Shown piece after piece: positions 50,979-64,000 of a stretch of DNA of 64,000 nt (its first letter is position 1; each line of letters starts with the position of its first letter). The DNA is taken from positions 171,740,001 to 171,804,000 of the forward strand of contig OZ024743.1 of NCBI GenBank assembly GCA_964016885.1, given 5' to 3'. The position numbers and the translations under genes were made by a program. The notes beneath the pieces are model-generated. The model ran no database searches. It was not told the DNA's origin and was given only the letters and a program-made list of their open reading frames with translations. The stretch is from Eledone cirrhosa. Its lineage: Eukaryota.

Positions 50979-53900
50979 TCTATATATATAAATCTGAGGA
51001 TGTGTGCGTTAAGGTTTGTAACGGATTCACGTCCACAATTTCCACGGATTCTATTCAAAGTCGGGACAATTATTGCTTTTGTTCAGGAAAATGTCAGGAG
51101 CAAAAAAAATTCAAATCCATCAGCAATAAGGGCAAAAATAGATCATGATCATTCCCCCCTCTCTATAATTTAACTACTTTACTCTCTCTGTCGCTCTTCA
51201 CTCACTATATGACAACACTGCAGTGGAGCGTTCCGTATTGAGCGTTCCGTATTGACATACGGCTTATCTGGGGCATTTTCAATCGGCTTATTGCAAATAA
51301 CAACAAGATTAATGCTATAGACATATGAATTAGAATGTAACCCGTGAACTTTTTCCTGGGCAATATTATTCGAACAGACATGACCTCATTGCCAGAGTGA
51401 GTGTTCAGACTGAAACTGGCTAAACTCATGGCTTTAATCAAAAAGGGTCAGGTATTTGGGGCTGTAAAATATGACATGTTCACCGTCGAATGGCAAAAAC
51501 GATGGCTGCCACATGCTCACATTTTGATTTGGTTAGCTGATAAAATCAATTTAAATGCTATAGACAGCTTCATTTTGGCTGAATTCCCTAACCCGGCAAC
51601 TGACCAGGAATTACATGACATCGTCAAAGCTAACATGGTCCGTGTGCGTCGGGTCCTAATGAGCATCACACGTGTCTGAAAGGGGGTCGTGCAGTAAGGG
51701 ATGCCCCAAAACATTTGTTGACCAGACTCAGACTGGTGGCGACGGGTACCCCCTGTACAGTCGGAGACGGTCCGAGAACGGTGGCTTCACCACAACCGTA
51801 AAGGGAGGTCAAGTCGACAATAGATGGGTGGTCCCTTACTTCCCGCTTCTCTTGAAGATGTTCAACGCCCACATCAACGTTGAGTTTTGCAACTCCGTCA
51901 AGTCGATAAAATACATATGCAAATATGTAAGTAAGGGCTCTGATGCCGCAATGTTCGCATTTCAAGCTGAAAATAGCAGGGACGAGGTCACAGAATACAT
52001 GGCGGAGCGGTACATCAGTAGCAATGAAGCTTTTTGGCGCCTATTTGGTTTACTCCTACACCAACGGCACCCCGCCATCGTACAGCTTGCGGTACATTTG
52101 GAAATGGGCAAAGGGTTTAATTTACGGAGCAAACCGCCGCCAAGTTGGGCGCCGATCCGAAAGAGATCACTTTGACGGGTTTCTTCAAACTTTGCCAGTT
52201 TGATACATTTGCGCAAACAATTGTGTACGCCCAGGTTCCATCCTACTTTATATGGTCGAAAAACACTTGGGTGCGCGAAGAAAGTCAGGTCAGGCTGTTG
52301 AAAGACATCCTGGTGTAAAATTTGACAGCTGTCTTGGAAGGGTTTACACTGTGCCCCCAAGTCAGCGTGAGTGCTTTCATCTCTGCCTTCTGCATGAAGT
52401 TGAAGGCCCACAAAGTTTTCAGGACCTCAAAACTGTTGATGGAGAAATATGTGATACGTACCGGGAAGCCTGCTTTAAGCGTGGTCTTTTGGAAGATGAT
52501 TCGCAATGGGATTCCACTTTAGTAGAGGGTGCTTTGTTGAAATCACCTAAAGGTCTACGGGAACTCTTTGCCATTTTGCTTCAAAAGTGTGAATTGGGTG
52601 ATCACAGATCTTTATGGGTCAAGTACAGAGACTTCATTTCTGAGGACTTCCTGCGCCTGGCTCATCTGCAGTATCCTTCAGTGGAAGTTGGTTACAGCGA
52701 CATTATCTACAACAGGGCACTCATTGATATCGAGAACGCCCTCCCTCCTCGACATGGGTGGGAGTGAGTTGGTGACGCATGGATTGCCGTCAACCGACAG
52801 AGAGGAAGCTAACACGTTGGCCCCGGATTTGTTGCGGGAAACAGCATATGACATCGAATCTCTTTCCCAATACTTAGAGGAAAATGAGCCCAAACTTCTG
52901 TCGGACCAAAGGTTGGCCTATTTAACTGTCATTGACGCGGTTCAAAATCAAACTGGGAGTATTTACTTTCTCGATGCTCCTGGGGTACCAGAAAAACTTT
53001 TGTAACGAAATTGATTCTCGCTAAGATTCGTTAGGAGAAAAAAAATTGCGTTGGCCGTTGCATCGTCCGGGATCGCTGTTAATTTGCTGCCGGGTGACTG
53101 GACAGCACATTCAACCTTTAAACTCCCCTCGGATTTATTAAAAACTGAGACACCAACATGCAATATTAGCAAGAGTTCACACGAAGCTCTGGTTCTCAAA
53201 AAATGTTGCTTCATTGTTTGGGATGAGTGCATAATGGCACACAAGGGTCCTTTTGAGGCATTGGACAGGACCCTGAAAGACATTAGGGATTCTACGGCTC
53301 CTATGGGTCGCGTAACCCTTCTGCTATCAGGGGATTTTCGGTAAACGCTGCCTGTCATCCCCAAAGGGACAAGAGCTGATGAAGTGCGTGCCTGCTTTAA
53401 GTCGTCCATGTTGTGGCTCCAGGTGAAGAGTTTGTACCTGAGCACAAATATGCGTGCTCATTTGCATGGTGACAACATGTCTGCAGCATTTGCTCAGAAC
53501 ATTTTAGCACTTGGTGAGAGCAAGGTCCCTGCGGATGACAATGGCGGCGTAGCAATCAACTCCCTGTGCAACATTTTGAGCGGCCCTTCTGACCTTTGGG
53601 AAGCAGTTTTTCGTAATATCTCATCTAACTTTACAAACCTCGATTGGCTCAGCGAAAGAGCCATCCTTGCTCCGAAAAATACCATGGTTAATTTTATTAA
53701 CGAGCAGCTGATTGAGAAGATTCCCGGTAAAGAGCACATCTTCAAATCTATCGACCGGACGTCAGACCCCGACAATATCGTTAATTATCCGGTTGAGTTA
53801 TTAAATTCCCTTGAGCCCCCAGAGCTTCCACTTCACATTCTTAAGCTTAGGGTTGACTGTCCCATTATGCTAATAAGGAACTTGCGTCCACCAAAGCAGA

Positions 53901-54573
53901 GCAACGGTACTCGCATGGTCGTCAAGTCACTGACGCCCCACTTGATTGAGGCCACCATTGTAACGGGGTGCAGGAGAGGGGATAATGTTTTCATTCCAAA
54001 GATGAACCGTTTCCCTTCGATGTCAGATATCCCGTTCGATTTCCGGCGATCCCAATTCCCGGTGAGACCATGTTTTGCCATGTCCATTAACAAGTCACAA
54101 GGGCAAACATTATCGGTGGCGGGCATCCATTTTGGGGAGCCATGCTTCTCCAATGGCCAACTTTATGTTGCCTGTTCCCGCGTAGGGAGCAGGAATGGAT
54201 ATTTTGCTTACACTCCTCAAGCGATGACACGCAATATCGTCTACAAAGAGGGGCTATAGATGTTGGTGCAGGTGTTGGAGCTATGCCGTCTGGAAAACTA
54301 TTTCCTGGTAGGGTCACCTATGGCGGACAGATCTGACACCTAGCGGCATCATGGCCACCATCTTGCAACTTTGATCTACTAAATTCGCTATTGGAAGATT
54401 ATTAACCCATCATTGATTGTCCAAAATGCTAATTGGTTCGTAACTTTTAATAACCGGTTCAACTGCTTTATGCACTTAATTGATAAGCTTATTCGCTTTC
54501 AAGCCAGGTTTACCTATATGTAACTTTTCATAGGAAATGAACAAACCCGAGCAACGCCGGGCTAAACTGCTAG
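50979..54573 (+). mobile_element. Helitron with internal deletion
   Basis: 5' A|TCTATATATATAAATCTGAGG; 3' CCCGAGCAACGCCGGGctaaactgCTAG|T; Rep-helicase remnant inside. Confidence 0.88.
51330..54259 (+). pseudogene. Helitron Rep-PIF1 helicase, N-terminally deleted and frameshifted
   Basis: VEWQKRWLPHAHILIW (HUH), GYPLYSRR, DNRWVVPY, HINVEFC, IKYICKYVSKG, FLDAPG, IVWDECIM, SGDFR, NGTR, QFPVRPCFAMSINKSQGQT, GQLYVACSRV. Confidence 0.95.
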
Positions 54574-54689
54574 TCTACAATATAATGAAGGGAGGAGTGT
54601 GGGGTAGGACAGTGTCCGTTTTAAATGTTTTATGCCGTTAGTAAAATAAGTTGGATTACGTTGAATAAATAATGAATGAATATTATAAA

Positions 54690-54782
54690 CTTTGCCTTTC
54701 CTCCCTACGGGGTCGATAAAATAAAGTACTAATAATACACTGGGATAATTGGTGGCCTTGTGCTAAAATTAGAAACAATTAT
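54690..54782 (+). mobile_element. SINE 3' fragment
   Basis: ctttgcctttcctccctacggggtcgataaaataaagtac. Confidence 0.7.
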
Positions 54783-55325
54783 ATAATTTATCTACTAAAT
54801 TTTGTAATACATGATTAAACATAAGTAATTTAATGTATTTCTTATTTAGAGATTCACTTATTTTAAAAGTTTCAAATTTCAACTTCCGCTATATCGCCAC
54901 CACCACCACTTGAACTACCATATATATAGAGAGAGAGACAGAGTGAGAAAGAAAGAGAGAGATGCAGACAGATAGAGTGACTATGTGACAGATATATATA
55001 TAGAGAGATATATAGAGAGAGAATGAAAGTCAAAGATGAAGAGATTAGGATATTTTTCAACACGCTGACGCGTATGTGTATGTACATATACATACACTTA
55101 TATGTATAAAAATGATAATAATATAATGCTTACAGAACGAAAGCACAAACAAATATAATATATACAAAGGAAAGGGAAAGGAAAAAAAGAAAGAGAAAAA
55201 AAACAGAAGCAGGTAGAAAATACATCTAGGACCACATGCAACAAAAGACAGGCGAAAGGGGTGAACAAACGAGCAGCTACCAGAGCAAAAAATAACAATA
55301 TCGCGAGGAGCACTGGCAAACCGCT

Positions 55326-55760
55326 CTAATAATTTTTTAGGCAAGACAGCACGCTCGCAGCGTTACATCGGATGATGACGAGGCTGAGGAACTGGAACAA
55401 CCAAGAGCCCTCACGAGCATCACCATTTACATCGGTTAGACGAGCCGCCAGTGAAGATAAGAACCTTGCAGTCAGTAGCCCGATTCCCCCAAACGTCTCA
55501 AACGCCACAGGCTGGAAAATGTAGTTAGCCGACAGATCACGGTATTTTAGGATTTTATTCCGTTCAGCTGCGGATGTTGTAGCGCTCAACCTTACCGCTG
55601 CATCCAGGGTCAGGAAAGACGCAAAAGAGCCACTGACTGTGGTCTCCCAGAAAATGCACCTGCATCTTGACAAGGGGCACAGGGCAAGACCGTCAAGTCC
55701 ATCAATTCTGGACAAACCAGACGGTTCTAAAATTGAGGGGATGTTTACCTGGGCCAAAGC
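55326..55760 (-). mobile_element. CRE-clade non-LTR retrotransposon C-terminal (RLE) fragment
   Basis: LEPSGLSRIDG..DG, WETTV, AAERNKILKY, FQPVAFETFG, LSLVIIRCNAASVL resemble the CRE-type RPDG/WD/KY/ET.G/QRGNA pattern. Confidence 0.75.
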
Positions 55761-55979
55761 TCTTACGTGTTAATAGGACAGTATGTGTATATGCGCGCGC
55801 GTGAGTTTGTCGGCATTCTTAAATTAGAGACGCGTATGCGTATGTGTGTGTGTGTGTGTGTACGCGCGCGTGTGTGAGTGTGTCACCGTTTTTAAGTTAG
55901 AGACATATATATGTGTGTGTCCCTTCCTTCCTTTTACACACACATACATCCACACAAACACGCACACACATTTTGTGAC

Positions 55980-58900
55980 GAGCGGAGGTTACAGAAGTCG
56001 CTCAAATTTATATACATGTGAATAGAGTTTCACTGAAGCAGGTAGATAAGTTCAAGTATATCGGAGCCGTATTCCCGAGTGATGGAAGCTAGGGGGCAGA
56101 ATTAAGTGTAAGAAGTTCAAAAGCTGGTGCACCACCTTCATCGACTTTTATAAAAATACAGCACACATAAATGTGCCCCCGGAATGCATCGAAAGTGTTG
56201 GCTATAAATAAATTAGCATCAAATCGAGAAAAAACAGAACTAGCCCCTTGATCCGAGGTGCTGGGAGCTTTGAAGGACTTGATGCCAGACATTCAACAAG
56301 TGGAAAAGGATAGGAGGTATGGTTGCATCGTGGTCCCGTTTTGAAGCGAGGCCCTCGACAGAAACAACTCAGTCCAGCCAGTGCAATCCAAGGACCATAT
56401 ACTGTTCCCTTCCCATATGGGAAGAAGAACTGTGATCGTGTGAATAGCTGGGATCCCGCCAAAAATGAACATCTGGTGGGTCCTAGCTAGCATTGCGCTG
56501 GAGGAGGAGGATTCCCTCCTGGAAGTGAAAAAAACGCAGAAGGAATCGTGGTCCGGAGCATGTCTAGAGTTGCTATTCCAGATAAAGCCAGAGAGAATGG
56601 ACAAGATCCCAGACCTGATCACCCTTCCAGAAGGAAAGTAAATATGGGTCTTCGTAGAAAGGAAAAGACCCCGATGTCACCTGTGTGGCCAAACTACACA
56701 GTTACGACCATTCTGCCATTTACAAAAGACAGCTAGTACCCGCACCGCAGAACAACAGGACCCCAACAGAAACAACTACAACGGCCAACGACAACAGCAC
56801 CAACACCAAAATCTGCAGCAGCGGCACCAGCGACGCACCAACAAAACCAATACCACCACCATCAACAGTCAACACCAACACCAACAACAAAAACAACTAC
56901 GAGGACCACCAAGACAACCTAGGAGCCCCCCCCCCCCAAGAAGCTCTCCCGTACTTCTCCTCATGAACACACACATTGAAACCAACACACCAATATACAC
57001 ACTCCCCACTAACACCAGACACAAACACAGCAACCTCTACATCCCTAAACAAAGATGAGGAGGAACCCCCAAAACGTAAAAACACATAGGAATACACAAG
57101 AAGAAATCTCACACACAGACACAAACAGCAGCAACCAAAGAAGGCACACTCGCACTAAACACAGACACACATACTACCACAACTACCCCTGCAACAACAC
57201 TACCGTCAACCGAAACAGCACCTCCACCAACAACACAACCACTAACAAGAACTAAATGAAAACACACAGCAGCAAATCACAACCTCAAGAACACCTAACT
57301 TCGTGTTAGTGAGAATATCGAACAAAAAATTAATCGACCTCATAACACGAAGAAGGAAATAGAGAAAGAGTGGGAGGCATTCAGCACCTGCATCTTCAAA
57401 GTGCCACAAGCACCTTTGCTGGTGCGGATGTCATTAGAAAACTACAGAATAATTAGAGAGAGCTTTCTCAAAGACGTGAGAAAACCCGGTTTAAAAGCCT
57501 CAAGTAGGCTTTTAAAGGAATTTCCAAAGGAACCACAAATGGAGGTCGAATTACCCACCTCCAACAGCACCCGGGGAGTAAGTAACCCTCCTTTTCTCCT
57601 TTTTCTGACCAACATGAGGATATTAAGAGTGGGATGCATAAATGTTCGTGGCTTGGGGTCGGCTTGGAAGCAAAGCCGCTTGCTGAACAGCCTCAGGTCA
57701 CTAGCTGTGGGTGTGACAGTCGTCAGCGAGACCAGGATTACCGACACGGATGCACTAGCCCCTATTCTTGACGACGTTGAGACTTAATCATCTCTTAGTC
57801 GGCCTGGAATTGGAGGGTAGCAGTGATGTTTAGGAAAGGCATGGGCCTCGAGGTGCGACAGATCTTCCTGGACCCGGACAGTTAGCTGGCGGTCCTAGAT
57901 GTGAACAATAGTGAAGGTGACGCTTTTAGGCTGGTGGTTGTCTGCGCCCCGACTGGGGCAGGACAGCCATACTTCTTTAGGCGTCTGGAAGTCTCACTCT
58001 TTAGTGTTAGCGGGGGACTGGAATGGCATTTTGGACGCATGCTGGGACTTTGTTGGAGTAGCCGATAGAAGTTGGGGGTGCAAAAGTCTAAAAAACAGTT
58101 TTAGCTCTGACAGTTACCGACTAGATTTCCCTAATGCGCCAGTGTAGACCTGGACAAACCGCTTAGGGTCATTTAGATCGTACGTAGATATGTTTCTAAT
58201 TAGGTTAGTTGATAAGGATAGTATAGGGTGTCATACAGTCGCCTATTTAGACCACAAGTTTGTGATCTGCATAGTCGGCTTAGATAGAACGCGTATACAG
58301 GGACCCGGTTACTGGAAGTTTAACATGTTGTTCGCGACTTGTAAAGCGAACAGCGACCGGATTAGCAGATTAGTTAAGTAGCAGCTGACAGGGACCATCG
58401 TCAACAACAGGCGGTGGGGCGCTCTAAAGAGAGCGATTAGAGGAGAATCCATAGCATTCAGTAAAGAAGTAGAGATAGGAAAACATTAAAATGGAGGGGA
58501 AGTTCGTAACTAAGATTAGATGAGGCGATTAGGAGTGGCATTGCAACTGACGTGCTAGCTGTGAGAATGACACTAGACCATTTCTTTAATGGGAAATACG
58601 AAGGCTGCATTGTCAGAGCTAAGGTGTGTGCTTACGACGGAACGAAAGCTGTTCGATGGGCCCGCGTGGCAGAGGCGTAGCATGCTAACAAAACCACAAT
58701 TCGGTCTCTGACGGACCGAGACGGACAGGAACTGAGCGATTCCAGGCGGATTTGTGAGGCCTTTCGCCAGCATTTTGCTCGGTCGTTCGGAGGGAATGGC
58801 GGGTCGGAGACAGTAGCGGACTTCAGTCCCTACCTCGACGGCTTACCGCGTCTCTCACGGCCGACGCTGAACGCTGCGAAAGGCCGACAACATCGGCCGA

Positions 58901-59396
58901 AATTCGGGACATACTAGTCGGCTGCACGAGGCGCAAGTTTGGATGCTCTTCCCTACGAGCTTAACGTAAACATGCCAGACTTGTTTTCCGATATCCTCGA
59001 AGCGCTCGACAGCAGAACGGGAGTATTCCCAGTTCTGTGAGCCGATGCGTAGTGACATTGCCTTGGAAATACGAGAACGGGGGGAGACTTTAGATAATTT
59101 CAGGCACATAACTCTGCTACATACAGATTCTGGCCAAGGATTTTGCGAAGAAGTTGGTGCTTGTCGTCGAGGATTTTGTAGGGGCACAAACTTGCCTAAT
59201 GCCAACCAAGTCCATACACGACAACCTACACCTCATGCGATACACCATAGAGAGGGTAGGGTGTAATCCAGTCATTGATGGGGTTCTGATCGATTTAGAT
59301 CAATCGAAAGCTTTCAATTGGTTCGACCATCAATACCTGGAGGCTGTCCTCAAGGCGGCTGGCTTCGGTCTTGTCTTCAGAGACTGGATCACTGCA
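55980..59396 (+). mobile_element. L1/Tx1-clade LINE remnant (probable ORF1 region, APE endonuclease, start of RT)
   Basis: MRILRVGCINVRGL..SETR (57614), LAGDWN, LDHK, GPGYWKFN, NFRHITLL, QTCLMPTKSIHDNL, DLDQSKAFNWFDHQYL; the 5' boundary and ORF1 assignment are uncertain. Confidence 0.8.
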
Positions 59397-60627
59397 ACGG
59401 ACAAGATAAGATGGGAAACGTATACTCTATGGATGTTACCACCTATAGGAACTTCATACCGAAGGAGCTATATAGAAAGTACATTGAAGCGAGGAAATCA
59501 ACTGTAAATGATATCAACAACAAATGACTAGCTATCGTGAATAAATTAGTACCATCTAATTGGACAGAACCCTTTATCTCTAGGTATCCCACATTCAGTC
59601 CTAAGAACCACAAAAGTAGCTTTGTTTGTGACCCATCCATTAGACTAATATGCAATGTATTTAAGAAATTATGGCATGCCAAAATTAATGAACTTAGAAA
59701 TTCTACAAATTTAGCAAACAAAATATGGGAACTAGAAGAGAAATGAACTGAATACGAGCGAATGAATATTAGCGCAAATTCCACCCGCATGCCGGTATAA
59801 AAATAGACAGACAGACTCTGCTGATATGCTGCACCTGCTACCAATCTTTCGCCCACCTACCTACCACATCAACCAGAACCACTACCAGAGTGACAACAAC
59901 ACTCGCGCGTGCGTACAGACCCTGCCATACCACACCACACTCATCACACTCTTTAGTAGCTACTACTAACTTTCATGACCTTTAAATGACCACGCGGATT
60001 TCGCGTGCACGCGCTCGATAGGGAATATTCATTGGCTTATTTCTATCAGTCTGATACTGACACAAGCAACACACGGTCACCTAGATTCCTCACCAACAAA
60101 TCTCCGAAGTTCCTGCATACCCCCCCCCCTCCAACCTCTGATGGAGGATGAGAATTTCGAAATATAGGGACTAATAAATCGATTCCAAGGTAAGTTCATC
60201 TCTGGTTTTCATTTCATTTTCATTTCTTTTTCCTATTTCCCCCATTCCTCCTCTATCTCCTTTCTTCGTACTGTCACCTGATCTTCGTTACCCGGAGATT
60301 TATCCATCTTCATTGTAGATGCTTGCAAAAACAATCATTTTAATATATATATATAAGAATCCAGCCTCTATAATTTTCGGCAGAGGTCGGCGAGTACTAG
60401 GCTCTGAGGAACATCAGGAGTGGGAAACAGATCTGTCAGCTTATCTCCCCTCCTTTACTGAAAAAAAGAAGTTGGTGACATAGTCACTACTTTAAAACAA
60501 TAGCGCAAGGTCTTCAAAATGTTTTTAATTAAACATACGGTATATTACCAAATATACGATACATACATTCATGTATACATCGCTATTTCAGAGCACCAAT
60601 CCTAATATATATATATATATATATATA

Positions 60628-61835
60628 TTACAGGGAAAAATGCGGGCGCATGTAAAGAAATATTCTTAAATTAATAAACCTAGAAAAGTAAAGGACAAGT
60701 TATTACACCTGGAAAGGTAAAGGACAAGAAAACTTCTTCTTAAAACTTCTTAAAATATTGCAGCTATAGTATAAATTTGAATAATAAAAAATATTTGATT
60801 TAAATATACATAGAAAGTGATAAATTCTAATAATACAGTTGACTCTCTAATTGATAATAATACTAATTTATGATCATTTATTTAATTTTGTGATCCTAAT
60901 TTACACCATAGTGGTTGGGTCATTAAATAAATATACTTTATTTTACTTTACTAAATGGGACTGAAAAAATTATAAACATCAAATAAAACAAAATTTTGGC
61001 GTGTAAATGACACTAACAATTAATTAATAATTAATTAGGGAGCCAACTGTAATGATAAATAATAACAAATTATAATTGTTTAATAATGAAATTTAAGACC
61101 TATCAAAGATCAAAATAACCAATCTACCATTTTAGGTAGAGTAAAATTAGACTACAATTAAAAATTAAACATTGTCTAATTCAACAGTTCATCTAATGAA
61201 TTGATGAATTCACTATAATTGATTGATTCACTATAAATGAATAATTGATGAATTGACTTTTACCTAATTTTTCCCCTTGTGATGTTGAATTTTACTATAT
61301 TATAAAAAAAATCTGTAATACTCATAAAAAGTGCAATTATATGATGCACTGTTTTTGATTTATTTTACTGCATTATTTTATAACTAAATTTTTAAAAATA
61401 TAATTTGATTAAGAGTGAAAATAAATTTTTAAATATCTTATAACATAAATTAATAAATTGTACATATTAATTATTATTATTATTATTAATTAATTATTGT
61501 ACAAATTATTGTACAAATTTTATTTTAAAAAGATTAATTTGTATACACCAAGAAAAAAATTAAGTATACAGTAGTCAACTCTCCCTATAAGACAGTCATT
61601 TTTCTAGTCCTTTAAAGTGATATTTTTTTAACAATTAACTTATAATTATTTATTTTTAGTTTTATAATCTAAATATTTTTTTTTAAATTTAGACTTTAGC
61701 TGCAATATTTTAAGAAGTTTTAAGAAGAAGTTTTCTTGTCCTTTACTTTTCCAGGTGTAATAACTTGTCCTTTACTTTTCTAGGTTTATTAATTTAAGAA
61801 TATTTCTTTACATGCGCCCGCATTTTTCCCTGTAA
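60628..61835. repeat. Inverted repeat pair (~140 bp: 60628-60767 and 61696-61835) around an AT-rich spacer
   Basis: ttacagggaaaaatgcgggcgcatg...aatattgcagcta and its near-perfect reverse complement. Confidence 0.9.
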
Positions 61836-61930
61836 TCCACTTTTTTTCCAGGCAATGCAAGGATATTATATTAAAAATATTTATCAACAAATAAGTTAAA
61901 TAAATAGGAAGAAGTGCAGATAGGAAAAGT

Positions 61931-62002
61931 AATCAGGTTAGGAATCGAACCCACGACCTTCGGATTGCCGGTCAGCTGCTTCACCGACTGAGCTACCTGA
62001 CC
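61931..62002 (-). other. tRNA-like sequence (SINE head or pseudo-tRNA)
   Basis: GGTCAGG TAGCTCAGTCGGTGAAGC..CCGGCAA..GGTTCGATTCC..CCTGATT; A and B boxes and acceptor stem present, anticodon stem mispaired. Confidence 0.7.
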
Positions 62003-62416
62003 ACAATTCGCTATTGCACAATCTATCACTATTTTAATGTATTAGAAATTAGAAACAAACTAAGCGTTACTTATGTATGTAGTTCCTTACACTCTTTTGG
62101 TCCTCACTTATTTTTATGTAACGTTTTTGCTACTGAACCAAATTTCAATATTTTTATGTCAGAAAGTAGCTTATCTGTGGTCCTATAAAGTGCAGAAAAC
62201 CGCATCCAATTCTATCAAACATTGAATTAGTGACAAAGATTTGAAGGTATCGCGAGTGACCGAAATGGGACCTTAAGAATATCATACACCTACTACCGTA
62301 GGTGTATGATATATTTTTCCCATATTTTATGTTAACTATTTTCTCATTTTGACGCTATAGTCACATATATGTGTTATGGAATACTGTTAGCTTCTCGCTA
62401 CGACAATTTCTATACT

Positions 62417-62504
<88 letters not shown>

Positions 62505-62519
62505 GCATACCTCCCCCCC

Positions 62520-62554
<35 letters not shown>

Positions 62555-62562
<8 letters not shown>

Positions 62563-62790
62563 ATACTTTGGGAGGGTCATGTTGCCAATAAAACGTACGC
62601 ACCTGTTGGTTTTCATTTCAATTTATTATAAGTTTCCGGTTGGTTGGTTGGTTTGATAACGGGAGGGTTGTTTATATATAGTTAAAGATCTTTCGTCACA
62701 CATTCTGTGCCCTATTGGTAACATGATCCTCCCAAAATATAACAATCCGTTTCAACACACGTTTTCAGATAAGAAATCTCGCAAAATAAA
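62555..62790. mobile_element. Solo pseudo-LTR pieces of the 14670-18196 Penelope family with an internal inversion
   Basis: 62555-62670 matches 14717-14830; 62683-62710 is the reverse complement of the 18051-18075 hammerhead half; 62720-62790 is the reverse complement of ~14670-14745. Confidence 0.7.
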
Positions 62791-63409
62791 TTAAAACCGA
62801 ATTATATATATAATATATACACAGACACGTATGTATATAGGTATGTAGCTCTGTTTGGGTGTGTATATGTATAGGGAAAGTTGTTATTCAGTTGTTAGTA
62901 GCTATCGAAATATTTGCTTTTTGTAGCTCTGATAACAGTACTACATATCAGTAAAAAGAACGTATCATAAAAAGTATCATAAAACGTATTATAAAAAGCA
63001 CATTGATCTGATATTTTGGCGCTGTGTCAATAGTTCACAGCGCGAATTCTTCTTCTACTCTTGGCAATGAATCCGCAGAATATAGAGATCTGGTGAAAGA
63101 AAAAAGAAAAACGAGTATGGCTTAGTGGTTTGGAGCCATGGTGAGTAAGCACAGCTGGTAGAGCGACGGAATATATGGCTTGGGGCAGCGGAATTCCTAA
63201 TTCAAATCATGTCTAGATCAATTTTATCGATTTTATCGCACATACTTTGGCAGTTCTGATAAGATAAAATAAAAAGCCTCTTTTGCTATTTTTTTGCCAC
63301 ATTTCAGCCCTGATTGAACAGATTTGTGATCCCTCACAATCACGTTTTATTTTGGTATATCTAGAGCTGCATTTGGCATCAAATTGACACAATCATTAGG
63401 GCACCGGAT

Positions 63410-63597
63410 TAATAATTGTTTCTATTTTAGGCACAAGGCCAGCAATTAACCAGTACATTACTGGTACTTTATTTTATCGACCCTGTAAGGATGAAGGGCA
63501 AAGTTAACCTCGGCCGGGTTTGAACTCAGATCGTAAATGGACGTAACTATGCTGGAAAGCATGTCTGACCCTCTACCGCTACTGCCAATTCACCGCC
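63410..63597 (-). mobile_element. tRNA-derived SINE (a diverged plus-strand fragment follows at ~63640-63715)
   Basis: Reverse complement of the 20404/46596 family. Confidence 0.85.
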
Positions 63598-64000
63598 GGA
63601 ATAATAGTGCCTTGGCATTTGTTCTAGCTCATTGCGCTTTGCATTCAAATCCCATCGAGGTCACTTTGCCTTTCGTTCTTTCAATGCCGATAAAGAACCA
63701 ATCTATTACTGGGATGAATTTATTCTCTCCCTCTCTGGAAGAATTCGGCTGTTTTGCGTGCTGGAGCATGATGTACTCCACAAGGTTTAAAATACTCAAG
63801 CTCCGCCATGTTTCAGGACGGCGTCCCTATCAATTCATCATGAGTTACGGTCCCTAAAAAGAATTACATTGTCTCTTGTTTCCTTCCTTTTGTAAAGGTT
63901 GTAGAGTGTCATTTGACAGTGATTCGTTTACTGCAGCCGCATGTCAGGTCTATTAGAACAGACTAATGGTCAAAAACATTTCGACCATTACTGTCCCGTA

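Noticed and set aside
61931-62002. Functional tRNA-Ala(GGC) gene
   Set aside because: Anticodon and T stems are mispaired, and a GGC anticodon is atypical for eukaryotes

Overview
AT-rich eukaryotic (metazoan) repeat-dense window with no recognisable host gene; the SINE family and microsatellite load suggest a cephalopod such as Octopus (inference). It is a nest of decayed mobile elements: two Rep/PIF1 Helitrons with intact TC...hairpin-CTAG ends (1575-10553, 50979-54573) plus a short non-autonomous one, many Penelope-like (RT + GIY-YIG) remnants, R4/Dong-type and CRE-type restriction-like-endonuclease LINE fragments, L1/Tx1 and RTE LINE fragments, a hAT MITE, about a dozen tRNA-derived SINE copies, microsatellites and a 200-N gap. 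The most striking signal is RNA-level. A near-identical ~495-bp tandem array (26271-29147, 5.8 copies) carries in every unit a minimal type I hammerhead ribozyme (minus strand, palindromic stem III), and the five complete units also carry an octamer motif, making it a retrozyme / newt satellite-2-like candidate. About a dozen further hammerhead motifs occur elsewhere, several as head-to-head inverted pairs in (TA)n tracts. All calls were made by eye; no searches or folding were run.
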